Source: a virus
Lineage: Duplodnaviria; Caudoviricetes
Length of the DNA stretch: 64,000 nt
IMG/VR virus record: IMGVR_UViG_2585428004_000001
Span: 1-64,000 of that record
Strand: one strand, 5' to 3'
Shown here: in pieces, positions 19,593-30,243 of the stretch
Layout: the number at the start of each line of letters is the position of its first letter
How positions within the stretch are numbered: the first letter of the stretch is position 1
Notes under the pieces: generated by a model
The model's input: the letters and a program-made list of their open reading frames with translations, nothing else
What the model was told of the DNA's origin: nothing
Database searches by the model: none
Translations under genes and position numbers: made by a program

Positions 19593-19850
19593 ATGGTTAA
19601 ATACAAGAAAGGTAATGTTGTAGTTGAAGCCATAGAGTTCACTGACAGCAGTAAAGATATGATTTTCCATTGGATTACTCACACTCGTGAACCGATTTTT
19701 ATCGATGGCGAACCTGCTTTAAAAATGAGAACTTTGGAAGGCTATGTGGTTGTTAGATTTGGAGACTATGTTGTAAAAGGTGTAAATGGAGAGTTTTATT
19801 CGTGTAAGGCTGATGCCTTCCATGATACCTATAAACCAATTAATTTATAA
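19593..19850 (+). CDS. Conserved phage protein
   Basis: TLEG...GDYVVKGVNGEFYSCK.D.F..TY motif. Confidence 0.75.
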   Translation: MVKYKKGNVVVEAIEFTDSSKDMIFHWITHTREPIFIDGEPALKMRTLEGYVVVRFGDYVVKGVNGEFYSCKADAFHDTYKPINL

Positions 19851-19885
19851 AATGCGTATTTTAATAACTTTGAGGAGGAATTAAA

Positions 19886-20131
19886 TTGAAAAAACGTAAC
19901 ATGGTTTACCTAGCAAAGAAAGCAGAAAGTAAGAGGGAGTCAAAACTTCTTGCAGGCTTACTAGAAGGACAGGGAGTTATCATTGGCAATACCAAAGATA
20001 TTCACTGCTACAATATTAATGACGTTGTAAATGTTGAAGTGGAATCAAATGGCACATGGGCTTGGTGCGAACGTGTAAGAGATAAATTTAATCAAACTGT
20101 TCGTGTTGAAGATATCTTAATCAAGAAGTAA
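19886..20131 (+). CDS. Hypothetical protein
   Basis: RBS GAGGAGG. Confidence 0.7.
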   Translation: MKKRNMVYLAKKAESKRESKLLAGLLEGQGVIIGNTKDIHCYNINDVVNVEVESNGTWAWCERVRDKFNQTVRVEDILIKK

Positions 20132-20177
20132 TTAGTATCAAATCAAAACTAAAACAAAACTTGGAGGCAAAATTATT

Positions 20178-20714
20178 ATGACAAACTCAACTAAATTATA
20201 TGCAGATGGTATTTTCGTAAGTGAGGATAAAGCGTTAATTCAAGATATTAAGATAGTTCTAGAAGCTAAGAAACACCTTTCAGAAGAACAATTCAATGAA
20301 CTTCACAAACAGTTCTGCGATAAGGTTCGTGAGTCACTAGGCGTTGAAAATGTTATTGGCACTGTATTAAGCGATGATGAAAAAGAAGTATATGTTCCAT
20401 TCTTCTCTATCAAAGCATCAGATAATAATCGCTACACGTTAGGATATAATTTCGAAACAGGTCGATTCTATATGGAGTTAGAACAACCTCTTCCTTTAGA
20501 AGTGATTGACTTAGAAATCAAAGAAGTTAAAGAGTACGTCGAGTGTGCAATTGATTTTGATGATGCAAAAGAACATGTTGAAAACCTTAACAACCTGCAT
20601 GAGTTAAGAAAGGATATGGTGTCATACCTTGAGATGTTGGAAGAGGTAGAGGAACTTGCTAAGACAATGCTTGGAGCAATTCCAGTTGGATTTGGCGTAG
20701 CGGTGAGAGCATAG
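20178..20714 (+). CDS. Hypothetical protein
   Basis: RBS GGAGG. Confidence 0.75.
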   Translation: MTNSTKLYADGIFVSEDKALIQDIKIVLEAKKHLSEEQFNELHKQFCDKVRESLGVENVIGTVLSDDEKEVYVPFFSIKASDNNRYTLGYNFETGRFYMELEQPLPLEVIDLEIKEVKEYVECAIDFDDAKEHVENLNNLHELRKDMVSYLEMLEEVEELAKTMLGAIPVGFGVAVRA

Positions 20715-20727
20715 GAGTTGAAATTCG

Positions 20728-20916
20728 ATGAAGATTATCTGTGTAGACAATTTTGACAGAGACACACATGACGATAAGTTAGTATGTGAGAGCATTGATA
20801 AATACTATGGTGAAGTCGTTGTAAATTCTCTTAACGATAAACTATCTGGCGAGCATAGCGACTCTTACTTTAAGCTAGTTGAAGATGATTATAAGTTATA
20901 CAAATATGAGTGGTAA
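20728..20916 (+). CDS. Hypothetical protein
   Basis: RBS AGGAG. Confidence 0.7.
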   Translation: MKIICVDNFDRDTHDDKLVCESIDKYYGEVVVNSLNDKLSGEHSDSYFKLVEDDYKLYKYEW

Positions 20917-20951
20917 TTAAACTAAACTAAATCGAAAAGAGGACAACTATT

Positions 20952-22358
20952 ATGTTAAAAGATATTCGTACAAATCCAGTAATGCTAACTGATGTTTATA
21001 ACCTTTCGCACCAACGTCTTAAAGTGAATACAGATTGGGAAGTGTCTCATATCTACAATCGTAAGGCAGGCATGATTCTTTATGGATTCGCTGAAATGGT
21101 AAACAGTATCTTAGAAACTCAAATCACAAATGCAATGATTCAACAGGCTAAAGAGGCGTCTAAGTTAATGGGCGTTATCTTCCCAACAGAATTGTTTGAA
21201 CGTGTAGTAAATGAATGTAATGGTTATGCTCCAATTCAAGTACAATCTCTTGCGGAAGGAACTTGGTGTCCAACAGGAACTCCATTCGCACAAGTTAGCA
21301 ATACAGTTGAAGGCTTTGGTGAATTAGTAACATGGTTCGAAGGTGTATTCTTACACGCATCATTCCCTTGTGGAACAGCTACAGAAGCATTCCATATGCG
21401 TAGATATCTTGAGGAAATGAAAGCAGAGTATGGCTTCGATGATAGCTTCTTAATTCGACTACATTCATTTGGATTCCGTGGTCATCGTGGATTAGAAGAT
21501 GCATATTGGGCAGGCACTTCATGGAACTTATTTATGCATGGTACAGATGATTTCCATACAATGATTCACACTCCAAACGCTAAGATGGGTTCTATCAGCG
21601 CACTGGCTCATAAGGTTACACAGCAATATGATGTAGAGTACGATGGATATGTTCATACAATCGATAAGACAGCAGAAGCAGGGGAAACAATTGTTGCGAT
21701 TGTAATTGACACATACGATGCAAATCGATTTATCGATAACTACCTAGTGCCACTTGCTCATTATGCAAAAGAGAAAGGTGTTCACTTAGTTATTCGTCCA
21801 GACTCTGGAGACGTTAATCAGCAAGTAGTTGAAGTTTATCATAAGGTTCAAGCATATGGTATTACAAACGTTACAGCAATTATTGGAGAAGGTATGAGTT
21901 TCAAGAATATTATGCGAACAGACTTCTTCTTTAAGATGCGACAAGTTCCATTGACATTCGTAAGCTATGGTGTAGGCGGTGGGTTCTACAATCACATTGA
22001 CCGTGATACTTTAGGGTTCGCAATGAAGACAGCATTCTCTAATGGCGCACCACGCATGAAGTTTGGTATGAATCCATTGAAGCGTTCTATTCCAGATGCA
22101 GTAAATCTTTTAATGGCTGATGATGGCAAGACAATGTATGCGAAACGTCAAAGCGTAGACGCTATAAACGACTGTCTGTACACAGTGGTTTATTATCATG
22201 ACAATCAAATGGATGAGCCAATTGTTAAGTATGCAGATTGGGAAGAAACGCAGAAACGAGCAATGTCTTATATTAATGAGAAAGACCTGCAAGAGCATAT
22301 CTTATTACACGATGATATTAAAGAACTTGTAACAGAGTTCGAAAAGATTTATGGATAA
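20952..22358 (+). CDS. nadV: Nicotinamide phosphoribosyltransferase (Nampt/NadV family)
   Basis: LTDVYNLSH, LHSFGFRG, GTD, VIDTYD, IRPDSGD, GVGG, FAMK. Confidence 0.85.
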   Translation: MLKDIRTNPVMLTDVYNLSHQRLKVNTDWEVSHIYNRKAGMILYGFAEMVNSILETQITNAMIQQAKEASKLMGVIFPTELFERVVNECNGYAPIQVQSLAEGTWCPTGTPFAQVSNTVEGFGELVTWFEGVFLHASFPCGTATEAFHMRRYLEEMKAEYGFDDSFLIRLHSFGFRGHRGLEDAYWAGTSWNLFMHGTDDFHTMIHTPNAKMGSISALAHKVTQQYDVEYDGYVHTIDKTAEAGETIVAIVIDTYDANRFIDNYLVPLAHYAKEKGVHLVIRPDSGDVNQQVVEVYHKVQAYGITNVTAIIGEGMSFKNIMRTDFFFKMRQVPLTFVSYGVGGGFYNHIDRDTLGFAMKTAFSNGAPRMKFGMNPLKRSIPDAVNLLMADDGKTMYAKRQSVDAINDCLYTVVYYHDNQMDEPIVKYADWEETQKRAMSYINEKDLQEHILLHDDIKELVTEFEKIYG

Positions 22359-22389
22359 AACAAAACCATTAAAATAGCAGGAGGCAATC

Positions 22390-22983
22390 ATGAAAACTTT
22401 TAAACTAGGATTCGTTATAGGTAGGTTTCAACACATCCATTCAAGTCACGAGAAAATGATTAACACTGCTCTACAATCTTGTGAGAGAGTCATCCTCATG
22501 GTTGGCTCTTCTCAAGAAAGTGGAAGTATTAGAAATCCATTCAATCTATATACTCGCATGAATCTTATTCGAGAAGTATTTGGAAAAGAGATTGAAGAGG
22601 GGAAGCTGTTATTAGCACATACAGATGACATGAGTCATGAAGATGACCATAGTACAGCATGGGGAGATTTCCTTATTCAAAAGATTGAAATGTGGAAAGG
22701 TCACTATGGTGTCTATGACGATGTAGATTGCTTTATCTATGGCAATGACGAAGAGAGAACATCTTGGTTCAAGCCAAAGGATATTGAGAAGATAAGCCAC
22801 GTCATTCTATCTAGAAAGGCTGATAATCTGAGCGCCACAAACGTTAGAAGATTATTAGTTTCAAATGATATACGAGCATGGAAGGAAAGTGTCCCTGTTA
22901 AAATTAGACACTTGTATAGCGAATTACGAGCAGAATTATTACTAGTTCCATATTACAAAGAGGCACTGGAGGAAAACAAATAA
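22390..22983 (+). CDS. NMN adenylyltransferase (NadM-like)
   Basis: IGRFQHIHSSH, GSSQES..RNPF, SAT.VR. Confidence 0.85.
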   Translation: MKTFKLGFVIGRFQHIHSSHEKMINTALQSCERVILMVGSSQESGSIRNPFNLYTRMNLIREVFGKEIEEGKLLLAHTDDMSHEDDHSTAWGDFLIQKIEMWKGHYGVYDDVDCFIYGNDEERTSWFKPKDIEKISHVILSRKADNLSATNVRRLLVSNDIRAWKESVPVKIRHLYSELRAELLLVPYYKEALEENK

Positions 22984-23534
22984 TGGTGAAGATTACTAAG
23001 TTGTATGAAAACAAGTGGAATACAGTTGTGGAAAAAGAATTAGACAATGGATGCAAGTATGTCTATAACAAAGCAGAATGGTGTAATAGCGCAGGAGTTG
23101 CAATTCTCCCATTCAGAAATATAGTAGTTAACAATTGGGGATTCACTGAGCGAGAGTACCTAGGAAGATTTGAAGTATGTCCTGCTCATTCAGAAGAGAT
23201 TGAACTATGCTCAATTACTGGTGGATGCGATAAAGAGGGTGAAGAGCCAATCGTTACAGCATATCGTGAACTAATTGAAGAAGGTGGATATAAAGTACCA
23301 GTTGAGAACATTATTCCACTTGGAACTATTCGACCAAGTAAAGCATCTGATACAACTACTTATCTATTCGCAGTAGATTTAGGGGATGGATATGAGGAAG
23401 TAGAAGCTACTGGAGACGGTACAATTGGCGAAGAGGGAGCATACTGTGATTGGATTACTGGCAAACAGCTTGTAGATGCTAAAGACCCATTATTACATTC
23501 TATGGTAATGCGACTGCTTACAACTAACAAATAA
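22983..23534 (+). CDS. Nudix hydrolase (ADP-ribose pyrophosphatase-like)
   Basis: GG-x5-E..TAYRELIEEGGY Nudix box. Confidence 0.85.
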   Translation: MVKITKLYENKWNTVVEKELDNGCKYVYNKAEWCNSAGVAILPFRNIVVNNWGFTEREYLGRFEVCPAHSEEIELCSITGGCDKEGEEPIVTAYRELIEEGGYKVPVENIIPLGTIRPSKASDTTTYLFAVDLGDGYEEVEATGDGTIGEEGAYCDWITGKQLVDAKDPLLHSMVMRLLTTNK

Positions 23535-23549
23535 TATTAAACAAAACCA

Positions 23550-23578
23550 TTGCAAAATAAAACGAAATAAGTTATACT
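23550..23578 (+). promoter_or_regulatory. SigA promoter overlapped by the 13-bp box
   Basis: TTGCAA-17-TATACT. Confidence 0.75.
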
Positions 23579-23606
23579 GATAATACATCAGAGAGAGGGG
23601 TTAACC

Positions 23607-24227
23607 ATGATAGGAGTTATTCAATTAGTGGTTGAAATCAATTATGATGAAATGCTTAAGGAAGAGAATCTAAAAGCCATTCATGGCTATACAGGGATTC
23701 AAACACCAGATGAGATGATGAAAAGTCATCTGAATAACATTGGCAACAAGCTTGCTAATACAGTAGATGGTCTACCATACGTCAAATATAATGTTGATGG
23801 TCAATTCTATCCAATGCCAGAACAACCGCAATCAGAAGCCGTTGAAGAGAAGGTAGAGGATGAAGAAACAGCATCACCATATATGGGTGAAGATGAGGTA
23901 GAAGAAATCGTGGCAGAAAAGCTAGACACAAGCGAATCTATTAAAGAGAACGATGTTCTAGCGAGACTGAATAAAGACTTGGATGCTGTATCTGTTGAGC
24001 ATGGTATCCCACAGGCTATTAAAGTAAATGGTGAATTTATTGAATGTCTAAAGAAGGAAGTCGCTTCAATTTCTGACGTAGAATCGCCAGATGAAGTTCC
24101 TTCACACTACATGGGATTTGAACTTCGTGTCGAAGGCATGGAAGAGCCGTATGAGATTGAGTTTAAGCCTTATGATGGCACTGATTTAAGAACATTCTCT
24201 TATAAAATTGAACCAAAAAATCCTTGA
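23607..24227 (+). CDS. Acidic hypothetical protein
   Basis: 206-aa ORF with RBS. Confidence 0.75.
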   Translation: MIGVIQLVVEINYDEMLKEENLKAIHGYTGIQTPDEMMKSHLNNIGNKLANTVDGLPYVKYNVDGQFYPMPEQPQSEAVEEKVEDEETASPYMGEDEVEEIVAEKLDTSESIKENDVLARLNKDLDAVSVEHGIPQAIKVNGEFIECLKKEVASISDVESPDEVPSHYMGFELRVEGMEEPYEIEFKPYDGTDLRTFSYKIEPKNP

Positions 24228-24431
24228 CTTTATAAAGCAAAACCATTAAAATAATAAGAGTGGACAGGGCGAGGGATTGATTATCTAATCCTTAGCCCAC
24301 ACCTCTTGATTTAATTAATAGATTACTTAAGTCAATAATGATTTTAACTTAAACAAAACCATTAAAACTTATTGGCTTAAAAGAAGATGTTAATTCAATC
24401 AAACTCAAATAACAGAAAGAGGTAATTGTTC

Positions 24432-25637
24432 ATGACAAACTTACAAAAAGACAACAAAAAAGAAGGCTTACAAAAGGAAAAAGGTTTCAACACTTTGATT
24501 GGGAAAGTTAAAGTAAATGACAAAACATTCAGTGGCATTCAAGTTTCTGAGAAAACTGGCTACAACTATGTTCGAATTAACTTTGGTGTTGAAACAGAAG
24601 AAGGTAACACTGTTTATTGCGAAATGATGGGTGGATACTTCCCAAGCAAGCCAGTAATTATTGCATCTTCTAAAGATGACAATTCACGATTAGAAATCAA
24701 TTGGGCTGACCGCTTAAACGAGATGATTGTTGATTCTGTATCAGATTTCCGCTTGCACAAGATTGGTCTTGACCGCAACGAAAAAGGCGAACTGAACATT
24801 AAGAAGTTCTTATCTCCAGTAGATGTTCATGAGTATTTAAAAGAAAACTTAAAAGATGGTATGGAAATCAGTGTTCGTGGTAAATTTGGATTCAGCGAAT
24901 ATAACCAAGAAACACAACGTAAGTTCCAAATCCAAAACATCTTCTTACCTTTCCAGAAGAAAGACGAGGAAAGTGGAGAGTTATTACCTGTCGAATACAA
25001 AGCTGAATTCGTTCAAACTATCTTGCTAGATGAAGAGTCATTCAAACGAGTTACAAAGCAAGACAGAGAAGCAGGGGAAGTTGTGGTATCAGCATACGTT
25101 GTTGACTATGTTAACAAGAAAGATAATAAAGAAATTAAGAAGAACTTACCATTCTCACAGCCAATCGTAGTTCCAATTAACAAAGAAAACCCAGAGATGA
25201 CTGAGAAAATCTTGGATGCTCTATTCAAAGTTAAAAAGGGAAAAGTTCGCAGATTGACAATCGAAGGTAAAATCGTTGAAGGCTTCGAGAAGCAAGAAGT
25301 ATCTGAGGCAGATATTGAAATCTCACCAGAGATTCAAGAGTTAATTGCTATGGGACTTTACAGCGAAGAGGAAGCTAAGAAGAAGATGACTGTTCGTGGT
25401 AACAAAGTTAGCAAGCTTGTATTCACACGTCCTCATATCATGAAAGACAAAGATGATGCAACGAAAATCATGATGGATAAGAGCGATGATATCTATACGC
25501 CAGAAGATTTAGTAATTCCAGAGCCAGAAGAAATGGAATCTGAAAGCTACGAAAGTACTGGTGAGACAGCAGGTGGAGATGCTCCAAGCGATGCTTCTTG
25601 GATGACTGCTTTAGGTATCACTGGAGAACAAGCTTAA
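24432..25637 (+). CDS. Putative ssDNA-binding or replication protein
   Basis: Beta-rich, with an acidic C-terminal tail; sits just upstream of the Sak4-like ATPase. Confidence 0.45.
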   Translation: MTNLQKDNKKEGLQKEKGFNTLIGKVKVNDKTFSGIQVSEKTGYNYVRINFGVETEEGNTVYCEMMGGYFPSKPVIIASSKDDNSRLEINWADRLNEMIVDSVSDFRLHKIGLDRNEKGELNIKKFLSPVDVHEYLKENLKDGMEISVRGKFGFSEYNQETQRKFQIQNIFLPFQKKDEESGELLPVEYKAEFVQTILLDEESFKRVTKQDREAGEVVVSAYVVDYVNKKDNKEIKKNLPFSQPIVVPINKENPEMTEKILDALFKVKKGKVRRLTIEGKIVEGFEKQEVSEADIEISPEIQELIAMGLYSEEEAKKKMTVRGNKVSKLVFTRPHIMKDKDDATKIMMDKSDDIYTPEDLVIPEPEEMESESYESTGETAGGDAPSDASWMTALGITGEQA

Positions 25638-25750
25638 ACAAAACCATTAAACAAAACCATCGAAATGAAGTGAGATGATAGGGAGAACATCTTTAAAAAT
25701 CTCCCTAAAACAAAATCATTAAAATAACAAACAGAAAGAGGTAATTTATA

Positions 25751-26716
25751 GTGAGTATGTTCCGTAAACCATCAACAAAACAATTAGGTCTTAAAGTTCT
25801 AGCAATGGGTCAAAAAGGTTCTGGTAAATCAGTATTTGCACTTTCATTCCCACGAGTATTTGCAATCGATGCAGAAACTGGTATGGCATTTTATGAAGAC
25901 CATCCACAATTTGGTCAGAATTTAGAAGGTGTACTAAATACTCAAAACTTCAATGAAGTACAAGAGGCGATTGACGAAGTAATGGATATGGGTGTAGAGG
26001 AAGTTGGTTCTCTTGTAATTGATTCTGAAACAAAGATTTATCAAAACTTAACTGATGCAAGCTTACAGGTTGAAGAGAAGCGAGCTAGAAAGAATGGTAA
26101 AGATGTCAATGATTCAAGCGTATCTATGCGTGGATATGGTCGCATTAAGCTTGTAGCAACTCGTTTGCAAAATTTGAAAATCGACTTATCTGCAAAAGGT
26201 GTTAACATTATCTCTATTTCACAAATTGATGATATTAAGCAAAAGGTTGGCGAGAACTTCGTTAAAATTGGAGAGAAACCAGTGATGCAAAAGAACTCTG
26301 AATACGATTACGATATTGTTATCAAGCAGTTCACAGAGAAGACGCCAACTGGAGAAGAGATTTATAAAGGTGAAATCTTAAAAGACCGAACAGGCGTTAC
26401 AAAAGTTGGACAAATTGTTGACAATCCTTCTTATGACATTTGGAAAAAATTCATTGAATCACGCAAAGGCGCAGATAAAATCAAGTCTAACCTTGCTCAA
26501 GATTCTGATAAGGCTAAAAAGGCTCTTGAAGAAGAGGATGCAGAGGCTGAGAAAACTGTTGTAGACAAGTTCCGTGAAGTTATGCAAAAAGACGAAGCTA
26601 AGAAGAAAGCACCAGAGTTAATCAAGCAATACGGTATTAAAAATCCTCTTGCACCTGCTAATGCAAAAGAACTGCAAGATTTAAGTAAAATCGTAGAAGA
26701 ATTAGAGAAGCTGTAA
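25751..26716 (+). CDS. AAA_24/Sak4-like ATPase (SPbeta YorG-like)
   Basis: GQKGSGKS Walker A, IDAETG, LVIDSET. Confidence 0.8.
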   Translation: MSMFRKPSTKQLGLKVLAMGQKGSGKSVFALSFPRVFAIDAETGMAFYEDHPQFGQNLEGVLNTQNFNEVQEAIDEVMDMGVEEVGSLVIDSETKIYQNLTDASLQVEEKRARKNGKDVNDSSVSMRGYGRIKLVATRLQNLKIDLSAKGVNIISISQIDDIKQKVGENFVKIGEKPVMQKNSEYDYDIVIKQFTEKTPTGEEIYKGEILKDRTGVTKVGQIVDNPSYDIWKKFIESRKGADKIKSNLAQDSDKAKKALEEEDAEAEKTVVDKFREVMQKDEAKKKAPELIKQYGIKNPLAPANAKELQDLSKIVEELEKL

Positions 26717-26826
26717 GGAAAATAGAAGGGGAGTTAATTTTTTAACTTCCCTTTAAACAAAACCATTGCATTTTAATGAATAATCATTTATAATAAAAAA
26801 CAGATAGGAAACAGGTGGGAAATGAA

Positions 26827-27525
26827 ATGACTAAATCAAAAGGCAAAATGACTAAGCCAAGAAAAGTAGATACCGAGAAAGTACAATTGTGTTATTACTG
26901 CACAAACGTTATTGAAGACTTGGGAGACTTGGTTTTCAGAAAAGTTCCTTTAGCAACTCCAAAAGGAATATTCCAGAAGAACAGACAGTTTCATTTGAAA
27001 TGTCTTATCGAATACAACGATAAACTGGAAAACTTGGAGTTGAGACAGGAAGAGAATTCTGATTGGGATTTAGTTTATAGATATTTCCAAGTAGATATTC
27101 TGGGGCTTAGTAAGACACAGAATTTAGATAAACATGCTGTTTCAAGATTATTAGGGCTTAGAGTTGGTAAGTATATTCCAAATGGAACAAACACTCGAAC
27201 GTTACCAAGGGGATATGACTTCAAAATCATATTAACAACATTAAAGGTTGTTAAGCCAAAAGTGAAAGCTTATATGGCTACAGCTACCCTTGCAAATGAT
27301 AAGCATCGAATTGATGGCATTATGAGATTTGTTACCAGTGAAATCAATGACGTTGCAAAGCGTATGGAAACACAACGTAAGTCAAATGAGAAGCTTGTAA
27401 AAGAAGAAGTGAAAGAGGAATTCGATTACATGAAGCTACTCGCTGAAAGAAAGCAGGCAGAGGTCGAAGTGGAAGAGGATGAAGACCTAGACACAACGAT
27501 TGAAGCATTACTTGGAGGTAACTGA
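26827..27525 (+). CDS. Replication-associated hypothetical protein (YorH-like position)
   Basis: CxxC...HxxC; directly upstream of the helicase. Confidence 0.55.
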   Translation: MTKSKGKMTKPRKVDTEKVQLCYYCTNVIEDLGDLVFRKVPLATPKGIFQKNRQFHLKCLIEYNDKLENLELRQEENSDWDLVYRYFQVDILGLSKTQNLDKHAVSRLLGLRVGKYIPNGTNTRTLPRGYDFKIILTTLKVVKPKVKAYMATATLANDKHRIDGIMRFVTSEINDVAKRMETQRKSNEKLVKEEVKEEFDYMKLLAERKQAEVEVEEDEDLDTTIEALLGGN

Positions 27526-28985
27526 TGAGCGAAAAGACAGATAAGCAACGAAGAGAAGAGTTTAGAGAAATGCTCACAAAGCAGAAGAACAATGCTGAAT
27601 CATATGTTGTTCTTAGTATCTATAAGAACCCAGAGTTAATGCACGACAGTAACCTTACAGCAGATGATTTCCACAACCTTGAATGGAAATATTACTTTGC
27701 TGTTGCTAAGAAGCTAATTGAAAAAGAAGTTAAAGCATTCGATGATATTGTTATTGGCGTTGCTGTATCAGAGAATGAACAGCTACAGAAAATGTACGAT
27801 GACTTTGGTGGATGGGCGACAATTCAAAATGGTATGACGTTTGTTCAAGAAGAGAACTTCGATAGCTATCTGGCAGACATCAAGAAGACAAATGTAATGC
27901 TTAGGCTTCATGACCTTAACTTCCCTGTAATGGAGAAGTTTGATAACTACAAGGTTATGAGTATTGAAAAGCTTCAGAGTTCATTAGAGAAAGTATTGGC
28001 AAGTGTATTCGCTGATGTGGACATCGAAGAGACTGTAGAAGATTTAAGTATCGGTCTTTGGGATGTGGTACTGGAAGCACACGAAGGAAAGATGGCAGGT
28101 TTCCCTTATGCATCATCAATGTTAACAGAAGCTGTCAATGGAATGGCACTTGGGAATATCACAATGATGTCAGCTAACTCTGGTATGGGTAAAACATTCC
28201 TTACATTATCTCAGATTCTACCAAACATGATTGCGTTTGATGAGAAGCTATTAATCTTAGCAAACGAGGAAGACCGAAAGAAATGGCAACGTGAAATCAT
28301 AGTTTGGGTTATTAATAACGTTAAAAAGGGAAGCTTCGAGAAGAAGAGATTCCAACAAGGTAAATTCAATACAGATGAGATGACCACTCTTAAAGAAGCT
28401 ACAGATTGGCTGAAAGAGAAGATGAAGAAGGGTATTATCTCATTCGTAAACTTCACATCATTTAACATGAATAAGGCTATTCGTATGATTAAGAAGCAGG
28501 CATCTGTTCATGGTACTAAATACTTCATTCTAGACACGTTAAAGCTAGATAGTGATTCAGTGAATGAGAATGCTCAAGCTTGGTTAAGCCTTCAGCAGAA
28601 TATGGTTAAACTCTATGATGTCATTAAACCATCAAATCGCAACCTCCATGTGTGGGTAACCTATCAATTAGGTAAATCTGCTATGATGAGTAGATACTTG
28701 AGTCAAAATTCACTTGGGGTCAGTAAAAATGTCGTTGACGTAGTGTCTACGTTGATGTTAGTCAGAAAGGCTCTGGATTCTGAGAAAAAGGGTGGTACTA
28801 ACGAAGTAAAGGTAAAGACCAAAGATGGTAAAATCATCGAGATGGACAAGGAAAAAGAGTATTTCATTATGTTCCTTGGGAAGAACAGGATGGGTGAGAC
28901 TCATCGACAACTAGTATTTGAAGTGGATATGGGTAGAAATATTGTAAATGGAATCGGCACTTGCCGAATTGAACAAGACTTCTAA
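27525..28985 (+). CDS. DnaB-like replicative helicase
   Basis: ANSGMGKT, ILANEE, ILDTLK, KNRMG. Confidence 0.85.
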   Translation: MSEKTDKQRREEFREMLTKQKNNAESYVVLSIYKNPELMHDSNLTADDFHNLEWKYYFAVAKKLIEKEVKAFDDIVIGVAVSENEQLQKMYDDFGGWATIQNGMTFVQEENFDSYLADIKKTNVMLRLHDLNFPVMEKFDNYKVMSIEKLQSSLEKVLASVFADVDIEETVEDLSIGLWDVVLEAHEGKMAGFPYASSMLTEAVNGMALGNITMMSANSGMGKTFLTLSQILPNMIAFDEKLLILANEEDRKKWQREIIVWVINNVKKGSFEKKRFQQGKFNTDEMTTLKEATDWLKEKMKKGIISFVNFTSFNMNKAIRMIKKQASVHGTKYFILDTLKLDSDSVNENAQAWLSLQQNMVKLYDVIKPSNRNLHVWVTYQLGKSAMMSRYLSQNSLGVSKNVVDVVSTLMLVRKALDSEKKGGTNEVKVKTKDGKIIEMDKEKEYFIMFLGKNRMGETHRQLVFEVDMGRNIVNGIGTCRIEQDF

Positions 28986-29012
28986 AACAAAACCATTAAA
29001 ATGGAGGTAGGC

Positions 29013-29396
29013 ATGGAACAGATTCAATCACATCCAATTAAAGATATCTATCGAATCAGAGAAGGGGTTCTCATAGAGGTTCATAAATATGAATCTCTTG
29101 GGTACTGGATTGGGAGACAAAAGCTTGCAAAAACAGTGAGAGGCTGTAAAGGGCTACAGGTGTTAACTGCACCTTATCTAAGAAAATATTCATATAAATC
29201 AACAGAACACTATCCAGAAGGTACATTACTTTTAGATGGTGAGCCAGTAAAACCAATCACAGATTATAGAGACTTTCGAATTGAAGTGAAGTCGAGTGGT
29301 GGTTCAGTGCTTGACTCGTTTGATGAAATTATGAAGTTTACAAATCAAGTTCAAGAAATCATTGATTCATATAAAAATGCAGAGGAGATTAATTAA
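29013..29396 (+). CDS. Hypothetical protein
   Basis: RBS GGAGG. Confidence 0.7.
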   Translation: MEQIQSHPIKDIYRIREGVLIEVHKYESLGYWIGRQKLAKTVRGCKGLQVLTAPYLRKYSYKSTEHYPEGTLLLDGEPVKPITDYRDFRIEVKSSGGSVLDSFDEIMKFTNQVQEIIDSYKNAEEIN

Positions 29397-29398
29397 CT

Positions 29399-30055
29399 AT
29401 GACTATGGAATTAACAATGGCTTTATTATCAATTATTTTAATCGACATCGTACTAAGTGGGGATAATGCAGTGGTAATTGCTCTAGCATGTCGCAATCTA
29501 CCAGAGAAATTACGTAAGAAGGCAGTAATTATTGGATGTGCAGGAGCGATTGGACTACGAGTCTTACTCACATTCTTAGCGGTTTACCTATTAGAAATCC
29601 CTTACGTTCAATTCATTGGCGGTCTAATGCTTGTATGGATTGCAGTTAAGCTTCTAAAAGGCGAAGAAGAGCATCAACTTGAAGGTGGTAGCACAATCTG
29701 GTCAGCAATTAAAACAATCATTGTAGCAGACTTTGTAATGAGTTTAGACAACGTAGTAGCTGTAGCAGGAGTAGCAAATGGTCACACAGGTTTATTAGTA
29801 ATTGGATTATTAGTAAGTATCCCATTAATTATCTGGGGTAGCCAAATCTTAATCAAGCTTATGGAACGATTCCCAATCATTGTAGCATTTGGTTCAGCTT
29901 TACTTGGATACACAGCAGGAACAATGATGATGCACGACAAGATTATTGGCAAATTCATCACAGAACACTTCCAAGCAGGACAATATGTCGTTCCTATTGG
30001 ACTAGCAGTATTAGTTGTTGTTATTGGTAAATTGGCAAGCAAGCGCTCTAAATAA
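29399..30055 (+). CDS. terC: TerC/YjbE-family membrane protein
   Basis: LSGDNAVVIAL, D.VMSLDNV, multiple TMs. Confidence 0.92.
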   Translation: MTMELTMALLSIILIDIVLSGDNAVVIALACRNLPEKLRKKAVIIGCAGAIGLRVLLTFLAVYLLEIPYVQFIGGLMLVWIAVKLLKGEEEHQLEGGSTIWSAIKTIIVADFVMSLDNVVAVAGVANGHTGLLVIGLLVSIPLIIWGSQILIKLMERFPIIVAFGSALLGYTAGTMMMHDKIIGKFITEHFQAGQYVVPIGLAVLVVVIGKLASKRSK

Positions 30056-30077
30056 GAGCCTTGCCTGCTTCATACAT

Positions 30078-30243
30078 AAAGAAAGAAGCCGACCAGTGTG
30101 AGCTAATCGACTTCCTCGCAGACCCCAGACAAGGTCATTGACGAAACAACGACGACAATCGTTGAATCGCTTATAGAGAACCAACCCAACGACAATTGGT
30201 AAAACGTTGGAACTCAAGCTTATATGCTTAGGCATTGCATATA
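30078..30243 (-). ncRNA. Candidate ~165-nt small RNA
   Basis: Minus-strand TTGAAA..TGaTATAAT promoter (30249-30276), four hairpins and a G-U-containing terminator (30078-30116). Confidence 0.55.

Noticed and set aside
20952-22358. Nampt-like gene as NARP1 Namat
   Set aside because: The neighbour is an NMNAT, not a PRPP-synthetase-like Adps, so NARP2-like is the better reading.
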